The notes under the pieces were generated by a model. The model was not told where the DNA came from, searched no databases, and worked only from the letters and a program-made list of their open reading frames with translations. Both the position numbers and the translations under genes were made by a program. Below are positions 19,799-31,107 of a stretch of DNA of 64,000 bases, in pieces (the stretch's first letter is position 1; each line of letters begins with the position of its first letter). Origin of the DNA: Candidatus Latescibacterota bacterium (GTDB lineage: Bacteria > Latescibacterota > UBA2968); assembly GCA_965198115.1 (NCBI GenBank), contig OZ240241.1:7712001-7776000 (forward strand). The letters are read 5' to 3'.

Positions 19799-22700
19799 TC
19801 ATGGCCTGCCCTTGCCGCCGTAGGGCTCTTCGTCTTCCCGAACCTTCATCGGCTGCTTCAGGGCATCAACGCTCAGATAGTAGTGGGCGACCTTGGTGAC
19901 CTCGCGCCAAGGGAACCGGGCGGGATCTCTGATCGGCTCCTGGAGTTCCGGGGCGCTCGCGCAGTGGGTCACCACGTAGAGCCAGTAGCAGTCGGGACGA
20001 TCCTCGGCGACGCGGCGCTCGTTCGGCGTGAGCAGGATGCTTCCGGTAGCCGCGGCGAGCCCCTTCACCTCGATCAAGCGTAACTCACCGGATTGGAGAT
20101 CGAGACTGGTCACATCGTAGCCGAGATTCTTTTCATGGACGTCACAGACTTGGCGCCGCTGGGCGGTCTCGTATTCCATGACCACCCGCATGGCCGTCAT
20201 TTCGGTTTCGGGGTGCGGGCGCAGGCGCCGGACATCCAGAGTGCTGCGTTCGGGGTGGGGCAAGACGAACACGCTTGCCAGCCGCTCGACTCCCTGCAGG
20301 GTCACCGCCTGTTGCCGCTTGAGTTCCTCGCGCCGGCGCTCCCGCCTTGCCAGCACTTCTGCATGGCGGGTTTCGGCCTGTGCGAGGCGTCCCTCTGCGC
20401 CAGTAACCTCATTGGCTACTTCATCGGCGGCGCGGCCGATCTCCTCGTCGATTCGTTGGAGAACCTCAGTTAAGGAGAGCTCAACGTGCTCGCCGATGCG
20501 CTCCACCTCGGCCAGGCGTTCCGCACGGACTTCGTCGATGAAGGGCACCAGGGCGTTCTCGTTGAGGGCGGTCGCCTCCGGAAGGGTGGCTACGGGCGGC
20601 AGATCATCAGACACGGCGGCGGGACTCATATCGCCGAGGACATCCGGCTCGCGGAGGCGCGGGGAACCATCGTTGGTCAGCTCCACGGTGAACAACCGTT
20701 CGTGGATGACTTGGCCGAGACCATCCACGACTCGCGCCCGGTAGAAGTCGAGCCGCGCCGGAGCTTCGTGCGCCAGCGAATGGAAGCAGGCGCCCCGTGC
20801 GAAGGCATCCTGACCGAGATCGAAGCTGTGCCGGCGCAGGGCCTCGAACAGCGGATGCCCGGGCGTCACCCATTCGAGGTTGTTCTCCTCGGCCGTATCA
20901 CGGTCCGTCGACAGGCGCGGATAGCGGATCGCCAGTTCCGCGAGTTTCCAGTTCGGCTCTCGCTCGTACTTCTTCAGGCTGGACGGAGTCCGGCCCGGTT
21001 GAAACGTGTGAGCCGGAGTGCTCACCGGCTTCAGGGCGAAAGCGGCATCTTGGGCGGACTCCTTGATGAATCGCGCAATGGTCTCGGGAACAACGCGTCG
21101 CTCCTGCGCCCGAGCACGGCGCTCGATGAGCATGTCGAGGTTGAGCTTCTTGGCGGCCAACCCTTCCAGCGCCGTCTGACAGATGGCTCGGAAGTGCCCC
21201 TCATCCACGTCCTTCAGCAGCCGCTCCTCAAGATCAGCGTCACCCAGCTTGCCCGCGTAGTAGTCCCGCAGCACGCGCTCCACATGCGCGGAGGGCAAGA
21301 CTTCACCCACGACGTTGAACACCGCGTCGTCATTGAGGGCATCGCGGATTTCCTGGAGCTTGTCCAAGAGGCGCTGGAGCACCCGGCCCTCGATGGTGTT
21401 GGTGGCAACAAAGTTGAAGATCAGGCAATCGTGCCGCTGTCCGTAGCGGTGGATGCGGCCCATGCGCTGTTCGAGCCGGTTCGGGTTCCAGGGAATGTCG
21501 TAGTTGAAAAGGATGTGACAACACTGCAGATTGATACCTTCGCCCGCGGCTTCAGTGGCTACCAGAACCTGAATGGCGCCTTCGCGGAACTGCTGTTCGG
21601 TGTAAAGCCGACTCCCTGGTTCGTCGCGTGAGCCGGGTTTCATACCGCCGTGGATGCACCCGACGCTGAAGCCCCAGGCTTTCAACTGATCCATCAAGTG
21701 ATCGAGGGTGTCTTTGAACTCTGTGAAGAGCAGCAGACGCTGGTCGGGACGGTCGAAGAATCCCTCGTCCTGCATGATCTCCCGAAGATGTCCGAGTTTC
21801 GCCTCGCTGCCCGAACCCTCGACGGTCTTCGCCTCTTCGGCCAGCTCCAGGAGCTCGGCCACCTCTTCACGCACCTGCTCGGCGTTGCCGGCCAGCGTGA
21901 TTGCCTCCAGTATTCGCTCCAGGCGCTCGCGCTCGGCGTCCTCAAACTCCTCAAGCTCTTCCAGGTCGGGAAGATCCGGCGGCGCCATCCGTACCAACTC
22001 CTGCGCGCGCTTGAGACCCTCCTCCAGTCGCCTTGCTCGATTCTCAAGCGACCGCCGCATGGCGTAGGTGCTCGAGGCTAAGCGCCTCTGGTACAGCGAC
22101 ATCAAGAAGCCGACCGCCCGAGCCCGCGGATCGTCGCCCTCCGCCGCGGCACGCGCGCTCTGACGCTTCACGAAGCGCGTGATCTTCTGGTAGAGATCAA
22201 ACTCGGGACCATCGATGGCAAAGTCGGCGGTGCGCGTGATGCGGTTGGTGAAGACCGGCTTCGCTCTCCACGCTCCGTCCGGTTCACGTTCCGGGAAATA
22301 GACCATCGCTTCCTTGGTGCGACGTAGGTAGAAGGGTGCTCGCCTTCGGTTCATGGCCTCATGGATCGATCTCACATCGGCGTAGGCGTCCCGGTCGAGC
22401 AGTTGCAGGAAGAGTGTGAAGTTCTGCGGGTCGCCCTTGTGTGGCGTGGCGGTTAACAGCAGCACGTGATCGGCGCTGTCGCGCAGCAATTCCCCGAGCC
22501 TGTAGCGCTGGCTCTTGTGGGTTTCATCACGTGCGGACATACGGTGCGCCTCGTCGACGATCACCATGTCCCAGTGCACCTGCCGTAGTCCGGGCAAGAT
22601 CTCGGTACGCTTGGCGAGATCAAGCGAGGTAATGATCTGCTTCTGCTCCATCCACTGGTTGACGCCGAATTGATCGCGGATGTCGCTGCCCTTAAGCACC

Positions 22701-23260
22701 AGGAATTTCTCGTCGAACTTCTCCTTCAGTTCCCGCTGCCACTGAAACGACAGGTTGGCGGGACAGACGACGAGAACCCGCTCAATAAGACCCCGCAGCT
22801 TGAGCTCGCGGACCAAGAGGCCAGCCATGATGGTCTTGCCGGCACCCGCATCGTCAGCGAGCAGGAAGCGCACGCTGGGAAGCTTGAGGAGGTGCTCGTA
22901 GACCGCTTCGAGTTGGTGCGGTAGCGGGTCCACGCGCGAGATGGAAAGCCCGAAATAGGGATCGAACTCGTAGGCGATGCCGAGCGAATAGGCTTGGAGG
23001 GCGATCCGCAAAAGCCGCCCATCGCCGTCGTAGGAGAGAGCAGAGTCGGCAATGGTCAGGTTCGAGATGTCATCTGAGGTAAGCGTGACCCGGCGGAACC
23101 GCTCTGAGCGCTGACCAACGAGGCCTGCCACCCAGACGTCGGGACCGTTGGCGCGAACGGTTTCCACCTGCATGGGCTCGCTGAACAGCGGTCCGGTGAG
23201 GATCTGTCCTTCGCGGATGGGCACTTCAGCACTCAACGGCGACTCCCTGCTCTCAGCCAT
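19799..23260 (-). CDS. SNF2-family helicase with C-terminal DUF3883 nuclease-like domain
   Basis: LLADDAGAGKT, DEAH, TATPH, EGINLQ, EQRMGRIHRYG, GYDVTS..IEVKG. Confidence 0.95.
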   Translation of the reverse strand: MAESRESPLSAEVPIREGQILTGPLFSEPMQVETVRANGPDVWVAGLVGQRSERFRRVTLTSDDISNLTIADSALSYDGDGRLLRIALQAYSLGIAYEFDPYFGLSISRVDPLPHQLEAVYEHLLKLPSVRFLLADDAGAGKTIMAGLLVRELKLRGLIERVLVVCPANLSFQWQRELKEKFDEKFLVLKGSDIRDQFGVNQWMEQKQIITSLDLAKRTEILPGLRQVHWDMVIVDEAHRMSARDETHKSQRYRLGELLRDSADHVLLLTATPHKGDPQNFTLFLQLLDRDAYADVRSIHEAMNRRRAPFYLRRTKEAMVYFPEREPDGAWRAKPVFTNRITRTADFAIDGPEFDLYQKITRFVKRQSARAAAEGDDPRARAVGFLMSLYQRRLASSTYAMRRSLENRARRLEEGLKRAQELVRMAPPDLPDLEELEEFEDAERERLERILEAITLAGNAEQVREEVAELLELAEEAKTVEGSGSEAKLGHLREIMQDEGFFDRPDQRLLLFTEFKDTLDHLMDQLKAWGFSVGCIHGGMKPGSRDEPGSRLYTEQQFREGAIQVLVATEAAGEGINLQCCHILFNYDIPWNPNRLEQRMGRIHRYGQRHDCLIFNFVATNTIEGRVLQRLLDKLQEIRDALNDDAVFNVVGEVLPSAHVERVLRDYYAGKLGDADLEERLLKDVDEGHFRAICQTALEGLAAKKLNLDMLIERRARAQERRVVPETIARFIKESAQDAAFALKPVSTPAHTFQPGRTPSSLKKYEREPNWKLAELAIRYPRLSTDRDTAEENNLEWVTPGHPLFEALRRHSFDLGQDAFARGACFHSLAHEAPARLDFYRARVVDGLGQVIHERLFTVELTNDGSPRLREPDVLGDMSPAAVSDDLPPVATLPEATALNENALVPFIDEVRAERLAEVERIGEHVELSLTEVLQRIDEEIGRAADEVANEVTGAEGRLAQAETRHAEVLARRERRREELKRQQAVTLQGVERLASVFVLPHPERSTLDVRRLRPHPETEMTAMRVVMEYETAQRRQVCDVHEKNLGYDVTSLDLQSGELRLIEVKGLAAATGSILLTPNERRVAEDRPDCYWLYVVTHCASAPELQEPIRDPARFPWREVTKVAHYYLSVDALKQPMKVREDEEPYGGKGRP

Positions 23261-23379
23261 GTCTTTGGGTCCCTCGCTTTGTCTTCATGAGTTACCCCAA
23301 ACCTTGGGCTTACTATACCAGCCCTCGGGCCACACTACAATACATGACTCCGCAGATGCCATGAAGGGCCGGTTGTGGA

Positions 23380-23665
23380 TCATTTCTTCGATTTCTTCTT
23401 GGCCTTCTCGTCGTCTGGCGGTGGCGTATTGAGGGCCGCTTTCAGGGCTTCCTCGGGGTCCACGCCGTAGAGAGATAGCCGCTTACTGGTCTTTTCTTTT
23501 TCACGGTTTCTGTCCGGGAGGCAAGTCAAGGCCAAGCTGAGACTGACTGGTGGGTTTTGTGACCTTCAGATTTCCAGCTACGAGGCTTCCGCTTAACGGT
23601 ATGAGGTCATCCTCATCGAAGGTGTGAAATTCAGTAGCTTGGTAGAGGATTGCGGTAGCAAGATG
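23380..23665 (-). pseudogene. Remnant cargo: PIN-domain C-terminus (23501-23665) overlapping a small basic peptide (23380-23529)
   Basis: HLATAILYQATEFHTFDEDDLIPLSG; KRLSLYGVDPEEALKAALNTPPP. Confidence 0.55.
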
Positions 23666-23761
23666 CATACTTGATCAGTTATTGGCCATCGTCGTGAGGA
23701 GCTGGACAGGATTCTGAGTTGGCTCGATAGAATATCTTGTTTTGTGGTAACTAACAAGTTA

Positions 23762-23840
23762 GGTCAAGTCCCATAGTCAGTTGAAACTCATCGGGCCCCG
23801 TAGTTTGGTCAGGCTCTCTTTTGAGCATTCTGTTCGTTGT
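23762..23840. repeat. 79-bp dispersed repeat, inverted copy at 50473-50551
   Basis: 75/79 identity by manual alignment. Confidence 0.85.
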
Positions 23841-23874
23841 CGAGATTCAGATCTTTGTTCAGTGCTTGCCTGAG

Positions 23875-24752
23875 TTCTGCTGCGGCAGTCGGCGGAGAAC
23901 GGCAAGTTCTTCAGACAGGCGTGTCTTCCGTCCTGCGTTCAGCTGCTCCAGCACCCGGCGGAGAAAGGTCGCGTAGGCTTCTCGATTCTCGAAGTCGCGG
24001 TGCCCACGGAGCATCAGGGTCTGATCGACGGCGCCGCGGAAACGAAAGTGCCGCTGCTCCACGTCGCCGTTCTCGTGAGGACTTGCTGGTGTCTTCCGGC
24101 CCTCGAGACCGTAGTGACGGAGGAGTGCCCCGTATCGCTGCGTGAAGTCCTCAGGATGGACGATCTTCTGGATCGCCGCGGAAAGACAGTCGGTCTGGTG
24201 TGCACGGGGCACGCCACCGAGCTCCCACAACGCGTTCTGAAGACCTTCCGAGAGCGCCTCGAAGCTCTCCGAAAAGCAGATCGTCGCGCTCTCCCAGTTC
24301 GAGTACGTCAGCACGAAATGGTAGACGAGATGCTCGAAGGGCTGGCCGCAGATCGTCACACCCAACGGGGAGAAGTCGGTGAAGTCGGACTGACTGAGAT
24401 CGCCGGGCTTGTGCACCTGCGGGAAGAACACTTCGCGAGAGGGTCCCTCCAGTCCACGCCAGGTCTTGACCCTGCGCTGCAGTGTCCGGAGCTGGCCGTC
24501 CTGGAACCGGCCCGGATAGGTCCGCTGGAGATGGATGAACAGCGTCTTAGCTTCCAGCCCGGGGTTCACTTCCAGATGTGCGCGAACCTCCGGCCAAACC
24601 TCGGTGAACGGGTCCGGACGGGTCCGCCAGGTGTGCTCGGCCTTCATGTTGCTGGGAAGACGACCCGACCTGCGATACTTGCGCGCTGTCTTCTCGTCCA
24701 TCCCGGTCTTGGCGACGGCGACAGCGAGTGTCTTTTCCTTCGGGTGGGAGTT
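23875..24752 (-). pseudogene. istA: IS21-family transposase IstA fragment
   Basis: MDEKTARKY, WRTRPDPF, QSDFT, LTYSNWE, ENGDVEQ. Confidence 0.88.
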
Positions 24753-24959
24753 CTAATTGTCGCTAATCAGTTCTTGCTGAAATTGGAGTCTAAAGCGTAT
24801 CGTACGGGATTCGTCTACGTATTTTTGACTATGAGAGATGAGCAATGCGGAGCAAGCTAGTTGCAAAAGATAATAGACCTTGATCTGAACCCACCGATCC
24901 GCACTTGGACTTATCACGCTTTCAGACTGTCGATATTGTCCAAGACGCTTCACTTTGAG

Positions 24960-25455
24960 CGAAGTCATCGATGATGAGCAAGGGCGCTTTGGCGAAGGTT
25001 TGGAAGCGGCGCTCGAAGGTGGCCGTAGCTCTTGCCGCGTGAAGCTGTCCCAGGAGTTTGGTTTGGGTGGTGAAGAGGACGTCGTAGCCGTTTCGGACGG
25101 CGATGTGTCCGAGTGCCTGTGCGATATGGCTCTTTCCGGTGCCACAGGGTCCGGCGATGAGGATGGCGACCTTTTCTTCCATAAAGCGGCAGGTGGCGAG
25201 GTCTTGGATCTGGTCCTGATTAATCCCGAGGTTGAAGTCGAAGCCTTCGATCGTCTTTTCGCCACGGAAGCCGGCCCGTCGCAGCCACCTGGTGAACTTC
25301 TTGTTCTCGCGTCGTGCGACCTCATCCTGGATGAGGAGCGCCAGGAACTCTGAGTAGGCGAGTTTTTTCTTGATCGCCTCCTGGTTTCTGTTGGGGAGGC
25401 TTTCGAGGATGCCGGAGAGGCGGAGGCGCTTGAGCATGGGTGCAAGTTCTGGCAT
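24960..25455 (-). pseudogene. istB: IS21 helper ATPase IstB fragment
   Basis: GPCGTGKSH, LLIIDDF, then truncated. Confidence 0.88.
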
Positions 25456-25459
25456 GGGG

Positions 25460-25567
25460 GAGCTCAGGTCAATTGGTGTGTAAAAGAAATCAGGCGGCCA
25501 TCTTCCCGGCTTCGACCTGCGGTCCGGTTGAGTGTTTCTGATCGTAGACTTGTTGTAGCAAGTGTGG
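25460..25567 (-). mobile_element. Right-end fragment of IS256 element A
   Basis: Matches the last ~108 bp of the full copies. Confidence 0.9.
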
Positions 25568-25901
25568 AAGCCCGCCGTCCGGCCCGGCCGCGCCCAGCGG
25601 TCCGCGGGCGTCGCATCCGAGCGGATGCGCGCCAGCCGAACCACCAAGCCGGTTGAGGAAGCTCAGCGCCATCTCGCGCTCCATGCCGCGCCGTAGCTCC
25701 CGGCCCTCGACGCCCGGCTCGCGCGCCGCCGCGATCCGTTCCTCGACGTGCTCGACCACGTGCACCGCCGCCGTCCGCCCGAACCGGGATCGACCGCCCG
25801 AACCCGGACACTGTTGTCCCATTTTCGAACAGTACGCAAAAAGGCCCACCGCTATCTATGGGTGGGCCTATCCTCTAATCGGGCTGCGGCGTCCTCTGAG
25901 C

Positions 25902-26552
25902 TCAGCCCGTTGCTTCGTCTCGGTCTACCCAGCCGTCGAGAAGGTGTATGATCCGTCTTCCATAGCCCGCGTTCTTCTCCGAGTGCGTACACTGAATAAT
26001 CGTGACGCCTTCCTTGTTGAGTTCGGTGAACCGCTCCATGATATCCGTACCTTGCTCGGAGTTGAGGTTGTCCGTCGGCTCGTCGGCCAGGATCAACTTC
26101 GGCTTGATGATCAGCGCCCGTGGCGACCCCGACGAGCTGCTGCTGCCCACCCGAAAGCTGATTCGGAAAGAGATCCTTTTTTGCACCGAATCGATCGAGC
26201 ATCTCCGCCACACGCCCTCTCCGTTCGGCCCCCTTGACTTTCTGGTAGAGAAGGGGGGTCTCGAGATTCTCCGCGATCGTCTATTCGTCGATCAAGTGAT
26301 AGCTCTGGAACACGAATCCAATATGATCGCGATGCAGCTCTGTCCGTTTCCGTTCGTTCATTTTCTGAACGGGTTGATCGTAAAAGGTGTACGTCCCGTT
26401 GGAGGGCGTGTCGAGCATCCCCAGGATATGAAGCAACGTCGATTTGCCAGCCCCCGAGGGTCCCATAACGGACACGAACTCGCCTTCATCGATCTCCAGA
26501 TCGATCTCACGAAGCACGAACGTCTTGATGAACTTGTTCGAGTAGTACTTTG
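25902..26552 (-). pseudogene. ABC transporter ATP-binding protein (LolD/MacB type), degraded
   Basis: GPSGAGKST, LSGGQQQ and ILADEPT lie in different frames; internal stop. Confidence 0.85.
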
Positions 26553-26559
26553 CGGGAAG

Positions 26560-28151
26560 CCTCGACTACGAGTCCACCGCCACCGGACCTGGAGTCCGGC
26601 CCGATGGGCTCGACTGCCACGGACACGCGCCACAATCTCGACCGTATCGCCCGCGGCCGCCTCATGGCCCGGCGCCGGGGAAACGAAGTACCCCTTCAGG
26701 GTTTCGACCGCCCGGTCGAACCGCTTCCGCGCGGCATCGTCCGCCGTCGGGTCGTTCGGGTCCCACCAATTGCCCACCAAGTTCAGGACCTCGCGCCAGC
26801 CGACGAAGACCACCGGGCCGGGTCCGGTCTTGCCGCTGTCCGGACGAAGGTCCGGGGCAATGCCTGGCTTGCCGTCCCACCGTGCGCCAAGACGGTATTC
26901 GAGACCGGTCACGATTCGGCCAGCCAACGACTGCTTGCCCGCAAGGAACCGCCGGGCTGACGCCGCCGAACCTTCGCCGGTCAAAGTCCACCGTTCCTTC
27001 GCCGCCAGTTGCCGCGCCCACAACGGGGGGCCGATCACGTATAGGCCGGACGCCGTGCTTTGCGCGTCCAGCAGCTCGACGGCGCGTCCGCCCGGGGTTG
27101 GGTCGTGCGGGTCGTAGACAATCAGGGCCCAGCGTCCAGCCACCCAGGCCCTCCGGAACCGCTCCTGGTCGCTTTCCTGTGGCCGCCGGAATTCGCCCGT
27201 GCGGGTCCGCGCCAGCAGCGCCGCGCCTTCGGTTTCGGTCAGGCAGATGGGCCGGTTCAGCGCGTAGGCCATCGTCACGATCATCGACAGGTCGCCCGCC
27301 AGGATCGGGGGCATTCCCTCCAGCGCGGTAAGGCGCATGTCGGGTCGAATCCGCGGCTTCAAGCCGCGAGGCCATTCGATGCCCATCTGTTCGCCGGGCT
27401 TCGGCTTCAGCATCCTCATCCGGGGCCGGTGGACGGCCGCCGCGTCCGGTATCCGTGCGGCCAGGGCCTCGCCATCGACCGTCGCCGCCTCGACGGTTCC
27501 GGCATCGTCCCAGGCCGTGCGGGCCAGGTCGGAAATCAGCGCCGGCCGCTTTACCATCGGGGAATCGCCCACGGTCGCGGTAACGATCGCGGCCGCGAGA
27601 CTGTCCGGCCGCTCCTGCCACGCCCGAACAATCGGGCTCAAAGGATGATGCCGGGGCCGTTCCGCTTCTTCTTGGGACGCGAGCCATGCGGCATGTACCG
27701 CTACGGTCTCATGGCCTTCGGCGATCCGGCCGGGGAGCCGCTCCAGTGACTCATCGGTGATGGGCTCCGGGTCGTTGATCCCATCCGCCGACGGCGCGCT
27801 TCGATGGACCGCCGTAGCCACGCGGATCAGACTCGAGAGCGACATGCTTTCGAACAGGTCGCGGGTCAGTGAAGCCGTCTCGCGCTTCGCCTCGTCCGGG
27901 CAGTTCGGCAGCCAGGCCGCCAGGGCCGTCTCGGTCGGGATTCGGTCCGGGGGGCAGGCCGCGCCATCGTGCGCGTTCGCGTGCTCGATCCGCGCCACCG
28001 CCCGGATGATTTCTTCTCCCGTCCGGGCCGTCTTCCGCGCTTGAATCAGCTTCTCGCGGGTCATGGAATCGGTTCCCATTCCTCCTGTTCGTATTCCGTG
28101 GCCGCATCGGTCGGGCTCATGCCGAGCCACTGGGGATAACCGCCGAGCCAC
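26560..28151 (-). CDS. High-GC hypothetical protein of probable phage/plasmid origin; C-terminus fused to ABC scrap
   Basis: Long ORF (track 26358..28151) downstream of a RepA-like scrap; no recognisable motif. Confidence 0.55.
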
Positions 28152-28340
28152 AGCGCCGCTCCGGCCAGTCCGTGGGACGCCTTCTCATTCCGCAGCCGGA
28201 CGGCCGATCGCGTGGACTCCCAGGGGATCGGGACCGCCCGCAGCTCCCACAGCGCCCGAACGGAATTGCGCCAGTCGGTCGCCTTCGATGGGTGCGAGAT
28301 CAGCAGGACCGCGCAACGGGCCGAACCGCCCAGGCGTCCA
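28061..28340 (-). pseudogene. C-terminal scrap of an AAA_25/RepA-like helicase
   Basis: CAVLLISHPSKA..WRNSVRALWEL..LRNEKASHG. Confidence 0.55.
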
Positions 28341-28734
28341 GCGCCGACACGAACGCCCGAATCCGCCGGTAGAACCTCCGGCACACGGCGGGCTGAAAGT
28401 GGGCGATGGCGATGGGGCTTCGGCCGGACTACGTCACGATTCACACTGTCGTAGGGGAAGGTCAATTCGCCTGGCCGAAGGACCGCGCGAGGTACATTGT
28501 AGGTTCGAGTGGAAGCTTGAGGCCGTCGGGAACAAGCGCGGCGAGCAGTAGGACTGCGGGGTTAATCGATAGATAGACAGGGAGGGTCCGTGCCCGAAAA
28601 TCGGCCGACAGCAAGCCGTAGTCCAGCACATGCACCCCCTCGCCAGGCTCCAATGTATCTTACCCAGGTCTCGAAGCAGCGTGGAGAGTCTGCTGAGCCA
28701 GCTAGGCCGCAAAGACCAATGAACTACCAGTTCT

Positions 28735-29268
28735 TCAAGGGTCCTCTTCATGTTGATCAATCCAGATCCAGTCGAAGTCAAACGGCTTAAGGGAGTTGAT
28801 CGTGTACTGGACTCTCTTCGTGGTCGTGACGGTTTCTTGTTCCAGCGCGTCAGAGTACTCGACCACGTACTCTACGAAACCGGTGCGTGGCAGAGCGGAC
28901 ATATCGACATTTGGGATCGTTCCATACCAAAAGAGCGTTTCTTCTTCAGGATAGATTGACCCGCCGCGAGTAGCAAACTGTGGGTTGTCGATCGTTTGCC
29001 CTCCAAAGGTCAACCGTAGCGATTTCACTTCGTACCGAATCAGAACTTTTCCGGGGTTGCGAAAAATGAGTCCGATCTTGAGGCGTGTTTTCTCTAGCCC
29101 ATCGTTCTTGTCAGACGGCTCCACGAATACTTTGAAATGGAAGTTCTTGAAAGCAAAATGCGGTTGGGTTTCTAGCTCGAATGCTTTCTTGTTGAGTTGC
29201 CAAGTCGCGCCGGCAAGCACAACAGTGGCAACGGCCAGGAGACTTGTAGTCCATTTTGCGAAGTTCAT
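28735..29268 (-). CDS. Hypothetical protein with N-terminal TM helix and beta-rich domain
   Basis: 177-aa ORF, lower GC, hydrophobic SLLAVATVVLAGATW. Confidence 0.6.
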   Translation of the reverse strand: MNFAKWTTSLLAVATVVLAGATWQLNKKAFELETQPHFAFKNFHFKVFVEPSDKNDGLEKTRLKIGLIFRNPGKVLIRYEVKSLRLTFGGQTIDNPQFATRGGSIYPEEETLFWYGTIPNVDMSALPRTGFVEYVVEYSDALEQETVTTTKRVQYTINSLKPFDFDWIWIDQHEEDP

Positions 29269-29342
29269 TTCCTTGTCCCATTTTTCTGAGGAGCTGCCCT
29301 GGGTGAGTGAAGCACCGCGATTGAGCCGGCTATGGAGCCGAA

Positions 29343-29967
29343 GTCATGACCTCCGGCAAAGCCGGAGGCTTGAAAACTTGTGAACCGCTCAAAGCGGTTG
29401 AAACCAAGCGCCACCTAAAGGTGGCGATTACCTGAAAATGTTGAGCTGGTCGAGACCGGTCTTCCCGCTCCTGGTTCTGGATATACTCCCGAACCGTCTG
29501 TTCATCCTTGCCAACGGTGGAGACCCAGTAGCCTCTTGCCCAGAAATGCTGCCCGGTGAAGTTCGACCTGCGTCCCAGATAGTTCCGAGCAATGTGAATC
29601 GCACTCTTTCCTTTGATGAACCCTACCGTCTGAGCTACTGAGTGCTTCGGCGGGATCGAAATCAACATGTGCACATGGTCGGATCGCAGGTGACCCTCTT
29701 CCACACGGCATTCCTTCTGTGCGGCCAGATCACCTCGCCCAGATAGCGACGAATTTCACCATACAACACTCTTCTACGATACTTCGGAACCCAAACAACG
29801 TGATACTTGCACTCCCAAAACCGTGTGACGTAGACTCCTTACGTTGTTCATTAGAGAGCCTTCCGTGTGCTTTGAGCGGTCCACGGCAAGGGAGGCTCTT
29901 ACATATTTCTGGAACTGTCAAACTCTGGGAGTCTCCCCGGGCAGAGCCGGGGGCTTACCAAGGTTTA
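29343..29967 (-). mobile_element. tnpA: IS200/IS605-family (tnpA only) element, copy 1, frameshifted
   Basis: DHVHMLI (HUH), FWARGYWVSTVG, EYIQNQ; subterminal hairpins; inserted after TAAC; indels relative to copy 2. Confidence 0.9.
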
Positions 29968-30095
29968 GTTATTTTTCTTCGTAGCTTCTGGCGTTTGGGT
30001 GCCGGTGATCCGGTCGTCCCCCGCGCGATCGGAGAGACGGGGTCTGCCGCGAAGAACCTTGCGCGCATCGCGCATGCCTCCGTAAGGGCAACGGA

Positions 30096-30956
30096 ATGGT
30101 GAGAACGAGTGCCAAGCCAAAGAAAAGAAGACGCACATCGGGTCTGCCGATTGCCGTCCCAAAGGACGTGGCCTCGATCCGGCTGTTGATCGATACCGTT
30201 GCCCGGACGAACGAGTTGCCCCTTCCCAGTGTCGACTCTGTGCGCGTCAGGAAAGCCTTCTTCGAGCGAGAGGGCACCTGGCCACGAGAAAGGCGGGTGG
30301 AGGGCCTGGACCCGATCGACTGGGCCAGACGGTTGGTCGCCGCTGAGCTGTACGCGCGGGAAGAGGACGTGGTCGGCATCGCGAGGGGGTTGGGGGTTGA
30401 TGGGCCCGTCGTAAGGGACGACCTGGAGGTGATCTCGGTCTACCAGGTGCTCGCAGAGGGTGTTGGGCAAGCGCAGGCAGCACTCTCCCAGATAAGGAGG
30501 CGGTTTGAACGTCTCCAGGTGGCGGCTTTCGCCGACCTGCGTGAGGCCGGGAGCTTCCAGCTTCGGCGAAGAATCAGGACCGAAATCGGCCGTCGGGAGA
30601 TGAGGCTCTGTAAGATGCTCCAGAAGGTCGGTTTCTATGGCCGGGTCACCGCCGGCTTACGCGTGGGCGAGCCCGTTGCTGACGAACGCGCGATGGATGC
30701 CGTGAGGCATCTGCCAGATGAGGGGGGGCCCTATGTGGACCGAGGCCACATCGCCGCGATCCACCAGTTGGTGAATGCGGTCGTCCACCCGAATCAACTG
30801 TCTCTGTTCGGCGCGGGCTCTGTGCAGGCCCTGAAGATCCTGCGTGAGGGGAGGGGCACGTGGTCCGCTGGGAGGAAGGAGGAAGGGTCGGGTGAGCACG
30901 CGGCCGTGTGGGCCAGGCGGCTGCTGATCGGCACGCTCCTGGCCAAAGGAGGACGA
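30096..30956 (+). pseudogene. Orphan protein, 3'-truncated copy of 58498-59547
   Basis: Near-identical to the second copy up to LLAKGGR, then unrelated sequence. Confidence 0.75.
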
Positions 30957-31107
30957 TCTTGCTCCAAGGTCGGCGGCCCGCCTATGGTTGAGGGTGTTCA
31001 GAGAACCAGGGGTGGCACAGCCTGCCCCACGAAGCTCGCGGTCCACGTCAGCGCTGTGCCCTCGGACTGTCCAACAAGGTAGGACCACCCCACTCGGACT
31101 CCTCTAC

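Noticed and set aside
24922-25647. 241-aa ORF as a novel fusion
   Set aside because: Chimeric read-through of a GC-rich scrap, an IS256 end and istB
29343-29967. TnpB/omegaRNA system at the IS200 copies
   Set aside because: Both elements are ~0.63 kb and tnpA-only; no RuvC ORF
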